This document shows, in pieces, positions 53,316 through 64,000 of a DNA stretch of 64,000 nt. Position 1 is the stretch's first letter, and every line of letters begins with the position of its first letter. Both the position numbers and the translations under genes were made by a program. The stretch is from Kudoa neothunni (taxonomy: Eukaryota > Animalia > Cnidaria), in NCBI GenBank assembly GCA_964304625.1, contig OZ199840.1, positions 8,847,106-8,911,105 of the forward strand, in the 5' to 3' direction. The notes beneath the pieces were generated by a model. The model was given only the letters and a program-made list of their open reading frames with translations, did not search any database and had not been told where the DNA came from.

Positions 53316-53580
53316 AATCCTAACTGCACCTAGAGAAATACTTCCAACCATTTTTCAATCAAGTGTTAGATATAATCGTTGTATTAGACAACTGCTAGAG
53401 TCTATAAATCTCATATATGAGTTGTTTATTTCGTTTGGCGTCAGTTGTTTTGGTTAGAAACCTTCATCTAAATAAACTTTTTACGCATTTATATAATAAT
53501 CATAAAAAACCATAATCTCACACCGAATTAGGTTATTAGCTAATTAATAATTTTATTTGTGATAAAAAGTATTATAATTA

Positions 53581-53717
53581 CAGTGATGGACCGGTCGTGC
53601 GTACAATAATTTTTTTACATATTAAAAAGTACACTAATATTTTCAATAATCTCAAAAATTATTTAATTTTAGAATTACTCGCATTAAATAATTTATAACC
53701 AAAGTTATTACGAATAA
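53581..53717 (+). mobile_element. Tc1/mariner-like terminus, same family as 49620-49754
   Basis: TA|CAGTGATGGACCGGTCG...TTTTACATATTAAA..GTAC...CGCATTAA aligns to the reverse complement of 49620-49756. Confidence 0.7.
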
Positions 53718-54707
53718 GCCAGTGGTGTACATACTTTTGGAGGTTTGGTTCAGATTTTAATCCTCGAAAACGTCCAGGAGTCAGAAAGATTAAAACTAAA
53801 GTTATAGCTCAAACTTTGGATAGATTTAAGAATTTCGAAACGCAACATTCAAATCAATTAATAAATAAATAATAAGTTCACTAAATGTTTTAAATAACGA
53901 ATGGCATCACAAACAAATAATATTCGTCCCTGTTGTATAAAACAATATTTTCTGTCTAAGCATCATTAAATTTTCTATTCTCATCGTTACCTTATTTTTT
54001 GGAATCTCAGTCATTTTCGCTTCGAAATAAAATAAAAATAAGCCGAATTAAATATGAGATATATCTTAGGTGAGCAAAATGGTCGTGTCCGCATATGATA
54101 TATGAAGTGCAGTTTGAATTGCCCTTTAATATCTATATCTGCTCAAACGTAAGTATAAATACTTGTGTCAAAGCTTCTTTTACGCTTTATTTATTTTTCT
54201 TATAGAAACTTTTCGGAAACTTTGCATTTTGCGCAAAATATAAATTATAAATACCTTATTATTTCGCATCGTTTACTAAACGTATTTTAATTATTAATCT
54301 TATTATAACTGAATTTAAACTACTTGTAATTATCGTCGAGCGAATTTTTTAATCATAAATCCACCTAATAACTGTATGTTTTTCTCCCCGTACACACTCA
54401 AAAAGAAATAATTAAAATTGGTCCAAGAATATCGCTTAAAAACGTTTTTCCTATATCACATGGTGAAATGGCTACTATCAGTAAATCTTTTTGCCTATTT
54501 AGAGAGTTTTTTGATGTTTCGTATACAATTTAAACTCAAATAAATTTTTTAGTAGCTTCATTAGGTGTTATCCATATATTCGACAACAAGATAAACCAGT
54601 TGAAGTTAAATAATCGAATGCTTTTTTCATTTCATTTAAATTTATAACATTAATCTGAACTTACTTAATTAGGGTTCACCGTGGGCTGGAGTTTGCGCAT
54701 CTCTGGC

Positions 54708-55421
54708 ATAAATAAATAAATAAAATAAATAAATAAATAAATAAAATAAATAAATAAATAAATAAAATAAATAAATAAATAAATAAATAAAATAAATAAA
54801 TAAATAAAATAAATAAATAAATAAAATAAATAAATAAATAAAATAAATAAATAAATAAAATAAATAAATAAATAAAATAAATAAATAAATAAATAAAATA
54901 AATAAAATAAATAAATAAATAAAATAAATAAATAAATAAATAAAATAAATAAATAAAATAAATAAATAAATAAAATAAATAAATAAAATAAATAAATAAA
55001 TAAAATAAATAAATAAAATAAATAAAATAAATAAATAAATAAATAAAATAAATAAAATAAATAAAATAAATAAATAAATAAAATAAATAAATAAATAAAA
55101 TAAATAAATAAAATAAATAAATAAATAAATAAAATAAATAAATAAAATAAATAAATAAATAAAATAAATAAATAAATAAATAAATAAAATAAATAAATAA
55201 AATAAATAAATAAATAAATAACATAAATAAATAAAATAAATAAATAAATAAATAAAATAAATAAATAAATAAATAAAATAAATAAATAAATAAATAAAAT
55301 AAATAAATAAATAAATAAAATAAATAAATAAATAAATAAATAAAATAAATAAATAAAATAAATAAAATAAATAAATAAAATAAATAAATAAATAAAATAA
55401 ATAAATAAAATAAATAGAATA
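54708..55421 (+). repeat. About 710-bp mixed (TAAA)n/(TAAAA)n microsatellite
   Basis: Directly visible. It explains the spurious ORF 54676-55224. Confidence 0.98.
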
Positions 55422-55655
55422 AAATTTTTTTATTAATTTGTGAAAACTTAAAAATAATTAACTATAAATTATATTCAAACAATTTGGTGCACGACCACCA
55501 ACTAGCAAGAAAGTTGTCACGAATAGGAGAGGTTGGCGCAAGCGTGATTGGGATTGAGGTGGGATTATACGTGACAACGATCATCACTGCTCAATATCCA
55601 CAATTCACAACCACCCATTAAATTTTCCTAAAAATACACTACTCACCTTGAAAGA

Positions 55656-55991
55656 ATGTATGAAACAACGTTATGTTCATACTTTATTGCACCTATGCTG
55701 AAAAAATATGAAGTTACATTTCTTCGTGAACTCACGATCATTATCGAGGTTCTTTAAAGATTGGTGAGTTGGCTGAGAAATGAAGTTAGAATTTAATTCA
55801 AATCAGATGTCAAAGGAACAAAAAATTGCGATGCAAGAGTACGAATATCGAATGAATATGCGACAAATAAAGCTTTTCTTGTGTTCAGTTACTATGCTAC
55901 ATTTTGTGTGTAAGTATACGTCGTTGTTTGACTGATCTAATATGGACTCAGTGTGTTGGTTGTAAATTCGATCTAACTAGCAGTTGAATAA
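55656..55991 (+). CDS. Candidate small spliced protein with C-terminal hydrophobic segment (weakly Tom5-like)
   Basis: Exons 55656-55748, 55807-55909 and 55981-55991. The core reads MSKEQKIAMQEYEYRMNMRQIKLFLCSVTMLHFV, with a strong GTAAGT donor at 55910. Confidence 0.3.
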
Positions 55992-57237
55992 GTTTTGAAT
56001 GAACTGCGTACGCAATTAAATTTCAATTATTTTAACACGATTACAGCGATACTATTAAATTATTCATATATATTATATTTATTCAATAATTAACGCCAAT
56101 AAAATAAGAAAATAAATAATTTATTCTAACATTTGTTGATTGAACTTGAATTGGTCGAGATTAACTGATTGATTCTCAGTTGGATATATGTTAAGAAAAA
56201 ATCCACCAAACACCATATTTTAAAAAGAGTAGTAGAATCTGATTGATTAAGGATTAAAGATAGGCATTTATTAGGTTGCTTATCAACGATTATCACTCCG
56301 AACTTGATTTTTTTATTTAATTTTTGCTTTGTAGTGCCGACAATTATTGAGAAAGTTTTTGGCTGAGCAATATCGAAAAAACCCCATTTATGGTGTGTGT
56401 GTGTGTGTGTATGTGAGCACAAACAACACCTCGGCTCTACGATGTTTGGATTATTATTTGTCAAATTTGTTGAAAAATTGTTCTTATTGTTTACTTGTGA
56501 TTTTTATGCGTGAGATTAATAGTTTTAAAAATATTATTATATCCCACAGTGTAGATAGTAGATAAGTGGATATTGTGAGGGTGTCTAAGAGTGGGGTAGT
56601 TTTCGATCATAAAACTCTCCACAAATCCGACTCGTACCGTACGTAGGATCTGATTAGAGAGTTATGTGAGTTTATCGACAGCTTCCGGTTCCCATTGTGA
56701 CCACTGTTGAGTTGTTGGTTGGTTGGTGGTTATCAATCAACAAATATAATTACAATCTATTCAAACTCTAACAAATGGTGTCATTTAATACGATTGTATG
56801 TGGTGCATTTGAAATGGGGCATTATATCCAGATTAGGATCACCTAAATAATACCACTTGGGAAATTGACGCTCACACCTCGGAGCTAGTGATCGTTTCTC
56901 TGTTGAGCGTGCTGCTGTTGTTGTTGTTGGCTTCATCCAAAATTAGGCTGTGTATGTAAGCTTGCGTTCATCAATCTACAATAGGATATTAAGTTTATTT
57001 ACAGCTGGTGTTAAGTGTTGATTCACCTATATCAATCTTCTACAGTTTAACTCATTAATACAGTACAACAATGGTTAGGTGTGTTAGTGTGGTTTAAAAT
57101 TATTCACCGATCCAATCCCATTCGAGTGCTATAAATTTTATCGGGGTTTTAAATAGAATAAGTATATGCGTAGTGGTAGTAGTAGCAGTAGTAGCGTCGT
57201 TTGATTGATTGATTGATCGGTGGGCCGGTCGGCCAAG

Positions 57238-57786
57238 GATTGCGCTTCAGCTTCTGTTAATCGCATCGTACTTCTATCTAGTGCCTTCCAGCTTCTGCCA
57301 TCATCTACTATCAATAACCGATCATGGGATGCTGTCAATCTGGACATCAATCATCGAGCAACAGCTCTCTACCATATAGTCCACCCCCAGTAATCGCTTC
57401 GCTATTCACACACATGGTTTTATAAACGATTCTATCATTCATTAAAGACATATCGTAGAGATAACCACAAAGAACTGAAAAAATTTGAGAAAGTCTACCA
57501 CAAAGAAGTGCTTAATCGTCTACCCTCCTACAGGCAATGCAAAAATGTCGAGGAGAAAATCGAGTGCCTACCACATTTTTCTATAATTTGATTTTTGAAT
57601 CACATTGATTCCGACTTCTTAATACCACCATTTAGATGCACCATATGTATGCATTTTCTGCTGGAAGATGAGGACATCAAATGCTTACCCTGCTTCCATC
57701 GTTTCCATGTTGAATGTATAGACACTTGGCTGATGAGAGAATTGACATGCCCGGTTTGCTTTGTGAGCGTTGTAAACACCTACTGA
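57238..57786 (+). CDS. RING-H2 E3 ubiquitin ligase, RNF11-like (exons 57238-57389, 57459-57563, 57636-57786; first exon or exons upstream unresolved)
   Basis: ECTICMHFLLEDEDIKCLPCFHRFHVECIDTWLMRELTCPVC is a C3H2C3 RING. WLMRxxTCP and the preceding LNRLP segment resemble RNF11. Confidence 0.8.
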
Positions 57787-59333
57787 ACTACAAAACTATT
57801 TTTATCACTGTAGTAAATGCCCATTGTCAAACGGCACTCTTTTACTATCACATCAATGATCCCATAAACTATTTTATATTGAACTGTTATTTAATTTCTA
57901 CAGGTGTACTTTTTGTTATTAGCGTGATATACATGTTTATTGATGGTTTTGTGTAACTTAATGTGGTGAGGGTGTTTGTTATGACTTGACTTAGCTCAAT
58001 CAATAGTAAATTTTAAGAGTGAATCCAACAATTTTATTTGTTTCATTCACTTCAAAAGCATGAACGTGTGAATTTAGTATATTTTGTTTCTTTCCTATTA
58101 GTTTTTCAATAATTTCTATTTATGTGTATTACTCGAAAATGGTATTTAGAATTGATATTTTTTAGTCTATAACCGATAAAAAATAAGAGTTTGGTTAAAA
58201 ATGTTATAAATTGCAAAAAATACATTAAATATAATTTAATCTAAAATGATTGCGAATAAAAATTTCATTTTTACCTTCCAACAGAGTAATTTTTAACCCC
58301 AGAAATTGTAACTCATTACTTTGTGAAAGGAAGTGGATATTGGCATAGTTAATAATATTATGGTGGCAATAATTTGAACTATATTGAATTAAATCTGTAA
58401 ACAATTTGTAAGTAAAAGTAGTTGGGATTAAATTCTATCGTGACAATAACTTCTGCCTGTGTAAAATTGTTGAATAAAAATATTTGTGTATATTTGTGTG
58501 ACGATGTAATATAACCATAATTATCAATCAAATGTTTTATTCTGTAGCTGTATTATCAAAAAAGCGATAGACTGGACTAGACTAGGGCTTCCCCGAACCG
58601 AAAAATTTTACTGAAAATTAATTCAAATTTTCAATCTACTATTTTCTGTTGGGTAGACTATAAACAGAAATGATATTTTATTTCTATTTAAATTAATGAC
58701 ATGAAATCTTTAAAGATCGAAAATAAAAAATGACAAATATTTAAAATAAGTTGAATTCTTAAAAATTTTATATATTTTTTAGATAAACTATAACGAAAGT
58801 GAGAATTTAACTTTGATCGGCGTCAAAATCAGCGGCTGTTTGCGTATTGAACTGGGGAACTAGGGAACTGCAACACCCCTGGTCCAAATTACTTTGAATT
58901 TTTTCGTTTTAACTTGTTAGCAATTTGCAATCATATATTATATAAACTAAAAATTTGTGTACAAGATTGGACCACATGTTTATTATTCTTGTTTAGTGTT
59001 TATATTTATAGTTAAAACAAATATATTTCTAGGTTATTTATTAATAAATTGTCCTTTAAACTTAAGTTATGCATTCAGTTCTTATGTAAATTTCTACTAT
59101 ATCTTAATACATGCCTGTATGTATATGAGACAAAAATTTATTATCGATTATTTAAAAAAATAGGTTATTCCTCTATATCTATATTTGTAAAAATTTCCAT
59201 AATTATATTCTGGTTTTCCTTTGTCTCAATATTCTTAATTAATAGATATATCAACATTTTTAATTCAAATGGCAGCAATTAAAATATTTTGTTCAATGAA
59301 TAGTAAAAATTTGTTTACCCGAAAAGCAAATCG

Positions 59334-59370
59334 CCGGTCCCAACTTTTCCGGATAATCGAGGTTTGACTG
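59334..59370 (-). mobile_element. Solo pogo/Tigger-type terminal inverted repeat
   Basis: The reverse complement reads TA|CAGTCAAACCTCGATTATCCGGAAAAGTTGGGACCGG. No partner end found. Confidence 0.55.
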
Positions 59371-60734
59371 TAATTTATTTTTTTTAGAGGGGTTGTTAAG
59401 ATGTAATACTACATGTAGTGTACGCCAGCGCCGGTGTCTTTTCAATTCAAAAAATTCCCACTTATTGTTGATAATAAGATTTAGTTATTTTTGATACATT
59501 GATAAACTCTTAAAGTCAAAAATAGTTAAATATAATGTAATTAGTTTAAATTATAAACATCAATGGAATATTACTAGAAAATCTATGAAAAAGTAATAAC
59601 ATTACAATTTATTTCAACGATAATCGTTAATAAGATGTAAAACATTGGGTGAAACGAGGCAGTGTTTATCGGTCCTTGTCCTATAGAAGCTTTTCCTCCC
59701 CACACTGGAGTAATTAAATTTAGCTCAAAGAAAATAATTCAGTAAATTTGTATTAATAAATATATAATGTAATATAAGTGACAATTAGAGGAATGAGATA
59801 AATCTATATTTTTAAATGTAAAGAGTAAAATTTTATCATTTCGCCATAAGGTAATAAGGTAAAGGTGTATAGGGGTATTGGAGGTGAAGTTAATTAAGTA
59901 AAAGCTTAACAAACTCATCGTTTTTTTCTATTTACAATTAAAATTTAGATCTAAAGTGTTGTTTATTTCGCTCGTCAACATGTTTATCGTCTGACTGTGT
60001 ATTGAAAAATTATTATTTTAAAATGATACATGCACTAACTGATAAATTCGACTGATAGGTATGTGGTAACAGTTACAGGCAATAATTATAAATTATAGAC
60101 CGGAAAATTAAATTAGATCAATAAAACTAACATAATCTGATCTAAATGGAATTAATATGTTGATTCAATTACAAAAAATTTGGATCAATCCTATTACGTC
60201 AACATACAATAAAAAAATTAAATGCCAAAAAATTAAATTCGTAATTACAAAATTTACCTTACCATTGATTTATTACGTTATACTGTTGAATTTCAGAAAC
60301 CTCAGAGCTAAATTAGACTCGTTTAGTAACACAGACTGAGAACTCACAATGAGTTCGTAAGTAATAGCAGTTTTTTTATTTTTATCTAATCTCACTGTTG
60401 AATTATATTATTGTTTTCTTTTCAATATTATATTCCGAAAAAATTTAATATTTGAATTACTGGGAATACTCGATAGAATATTCTTATTAATTTTAATAAA
60501 AATATTATAAAATAATGTCACGATAAAAACCGGTTGGAAAGAAACTATGTGAAATAGTGCGTATGAGAATTGCAGACCACAGAAATTCTTGTGATCCGGC
60601 TAGTTAAGTGCTGAATAACATTTTTAGTTTTAATCGGAATATACCAATTATTTCTTAAGTAGACTTGTTAAATAGAAAAAAATTCAATTAATTAGAGTGT
60701 CGTTGACATTAATCTCTAAAGTGTGGAGAAAGCG

Positions 60735-62672
60735 ATGAAACTGGTTTTTCTTGTTGGTGTTTTATATGGAATATTTGGCTCTATTCATATGGAACCTAAA
60801 GAAGAAAAAGTAAACAGCTAAATATTCCAAGGTTTTAATAAAATAATGTGGAAATTTAACCATAGAAAACACTGGTGATTTTAGAAGATGACTGGGTTTT
60901 GGTTAGCTATTCGTATGCGGTTAGCGAAGATTCTCAAAAAGAAGTGAAAGTTTTGGAACGTAGCGAGCAAATGTATTACTGTGGGACAGGTGATTATGAT
61001 TTTGGTCACATTAGGGATTACAATCTATGGATAAATAATAATGCTAAAAAACCATGTGTTAAGGAAAAAATCTATTACGAAGAGATTCGGCATTTTTGTT
61101 AAAAACGCTCCATGATTGTTTGGGGTTAACAATAGCAAATGTGCTTCACGAAACACAACCCACTCCCACTCCCACACCCACCACAACACCATCATCTCCA
61201 GTAGTCACATCAGTAACATACCTCAGCACAAACTGTATTAAATATGAAAGGTAGAAAACATTAACTTAATTCAACTCATCCAAAATTAAGAGAATATAAT
61301 GAAGACTTAGTTGAGAGCAACAAAAAAGCCGTTATTAAAGGTTTACAGGAGAAATATGGTAGCCGCTATGAAATCAACGTTCAAGTTCTAGATGACGTAG
61401 AGTTGGCATTTTAAACTATGTCACCAACAATGTTGATTCTAAACAAAATGTAATTATATCCTAACTAGTGAAATGATAAATTATTTGTTGTGATCGGGCC
61501 CATTTTTAGGATTTTTTCAATAGACCCGTTGTTTCACTGACTTCGGCTCATTTGCTTATAGTTTTTGAAACTGATCAGAGAAAACAGACAAAGTTCACCA
61601 TCCGCAATTAACCAACCATCTTCTTATTCCAGATCGTTTGAATTTGGTTTCAAGGTCTACAACTGCCTTGGAGCAAAGCACTTCTATCACATCTACATGT
61701 TAAGTCTAATTCTAGTAAGCAGTTTCATTATTCCACAAATAGACCCCATTAGGATTACAGATAAATAATTGCTAGACTTTAATATAAATAATAGAAAAAT
61801 CAAGACAAATCTCTAATAACAGATTTTTGTTCGGATGAATCAGAATATGAATACGAAATGAATATCTCACCATTGTGTTTTGATGCGAACAATTGAAAAA
61901 AATACCAACCAAGTCTAAAATAAAAGGAGAATACAACACAGAAAAGTGTATCAATGCAATCACTACGTTAATTATGGAATATTCACCGTCTACACACTCC
62001 ATTAACAAGGGCAACACAGAAAATGTGTTTGAAGATATTAAAAAAATGGGGAAACCCTCGAATAATGTCTTTGTTGTAATACATTAAATCAACCCCAACT
62101 GTCTCTTGGTATCCTGCTCAAATTTAGGCTATGGATCTATTCACTGGCTACAAAATCAATGATTTGACTTCCAAAAATGAAATAACATACTATGATGAGA
62201 CCTGTTCAAAAATTTCAAAAAATCAATTTGAAGTATGAATCTTAGAATATTTTTTGTTGAAAATTCTCGTTCACTTGTAGATTGAATTCGAAACTAATGA
62301 TATGAAATGTTTCGTCATTATTTACAATTCAAAATTTTTACAGTTGTTTCACAAACATTTGAAATATGAATACACATATTCGGTTGGGTTTTTATTTGTT
62401 TGATCATTATTCGTATAATTTTGTTGTGACACTGTTAGGAGGTTCCAAACAGTTGGATGGGTGGAGCCATGTTCTTGGATCCTGCTATGAAAATCGACAC
62501 AAAACAGCATTTAAAATGGATCGTTGCTATAGTCTTTTTAACTATTATTGCTTTGCTCTCAGTGACCACGATGATAATCATTATCATCGTAGAAAAACAC
62601 AAATCTCGCTTCACCGAAAGTCAAAACAACAGTGCATTATTTCTTATGGAGTTTCAACCCGAAATAACATAG
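60735..62672 (+). CDS. Orphan type-I membrane protein, multi-exon, with one apparent frameshift
   Basis: Signal peptide MKLVFLVGVLYGIFG, PT-rich linker, several Cys-containing exons, TM segment WIVAIVFLTIIALLSVTTMIIIII and a short tail. The middle exons are only partly resolved. Confidence 0.6.
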
Positions 62673-64000
62673 TAGTCCATTCGCTTTCACGAATATACTT
62701 TTTTTACCCTCCAATAAAACAATTAAACCTATTTTTCTTAAGTTTTTCTGTGTTTTGTTTCCATAGTGTAATTTCTCCGCCCCAAATTCAAAAGAGTAAA
62801 ATATTATCTATATATTTTTCTATAGATTCATGAAATAACACTACCAAATATAACACAGTATCTAAACAGTTTTAAGTGATCATTTAACAGTTTTTTTTTC
62901 GCATAAAAAGGGGGTATTTTTTAGGTGCCGCGATTTAAATATAATTTAGGCAATAACTATTTAGTTAAAAAAGTTGTAGAGCAACATATATTATTGGCAT
63001 TTAAATATTGGAACATTTTTTGAAGCTTGGAATCTTAAAAGTTGTATTAAATGGTTAATTATGTTACTATTTAAAATATATGATAAAAAGTAATATTTTA
63101 AATTGTTTGATATTTGAAAGGGAAGTGGCTATCGGCACAATAAATAATATTGAGGTATCACCAATTTTGACTATTTTTAATTATTTCTTACCCGCTGATT
63201 CGCCCTTAAGAGTCTGAAATAATTTGATATAACAGATACTAAAATATTAAATCTATATACAGGTCGTCAGCAAGAGTTTCTAGGAATAGATATTTGGTAA
63301 TTATAAAGCCTGTGACACCTGAAAAGCAGCACCCCTTTGCCGCATCTTTTTATGATTCTTTTTAATAAAATAAATACGGAGAGCAAAAGTTCAACTTCCA
63401 AAAATAACATTTGAATCTTTTTTCCTATGTTCGGAAAGTCGATGTTGACAAAAAGAGGGAAAATAAACTCCAATAACAATGTTAGTTACTTAAGAACTCA
63501 TTAGAAACACAAATATTTTCAACTGGGCAGATTTTCTGAATTTAATTAAAGAAAAATTTTTAAAAAATCAATAATTTTTATATATAAATAATAATATGCT
63601 TGTATACACTTAGAAAATCTGCCAGAAAATTTTTTATAGCGGAAGAATTTTTCTTTTGAATTCACTAACATGGAGGCGTTTTGAAATCAGTTATTAAATT
63701 TTATTTAAATATGTTTATTTCATCATTTTAGATTTGTTACATTTACTCAAATAGTGTAATCTAGAAAATTGCAGAGGATACATTACGATCTTTGTCAGAT
63801 TTATCAACATAATCTTAAAAATCGTCTATTTTATATTTTGATAATTTGCTATATTATATTTACTTAAGTTATGACAAACATAAAAGCTTATAATTTTTTA
63901 GAGGATAATGGACTCATTAAAACATAAACTTTAAAAATTGGAACAATATTTTAATTTTTCACGATCGGCATTTAAAAGAAATTCGGGCATATAACTGTAC

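Noticed and set aside
54676-55224. 182-aa ORF of LFIY repeats
   Set aside because: Translation artefact of the (TTTA)n microsatellite.
63180-63500. Possible exon fragments on the minus strand
   Set aside because: Could not build a coherent gene model or identify motifs.

Overview
AT-rich eukaryotic (animal) genomic DNA using the standard genetic code. It consists of compact gene islands with very short GT-AG introns (mostly 40-85 bp) separated by AT-rich tracts of decayed transposons. Spliced genes reconstructed by hand: RhoA-like GTPase, a tiny UPF0729/C18orf32-like ORF, HSP90B1 (GRP94), MICOS subunit Mic19/CHCHD3-like, AN1 zinc-finger (ZFAND5/6-like), atypical E2F (E2F7/8-like), transportin (17 exons), a LamG/pentraxin-fold protein, an RNF11-like RING-H2 ligase, an orphan type-I membrane protein and a few orphan candidates. 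Mobile DNA includes three piggyBac-derived elements, a Merlin relic, a hAT deletion derivative, Tc1/mariner-pogo-type MITEs and termini, and a probable non-LTR 3' end; no intact transposase is present. The divergent animal proteins, tiny introns and cnidarian-style LamG protein suggest a reduced parasite such as a myxozoan, but this is inference. I found no clear-cut new system. The best leads are a recurring GC-rich 10-mer (CGCACGCGCG) in AT-rich DNA, a putative chain of 7-nt micro-exons, length-dependent splice-donor degeneracy, and loss of conserved motifs in Mic19, transportin, E2F7/8, ZFAND and the RNF11-like protein.
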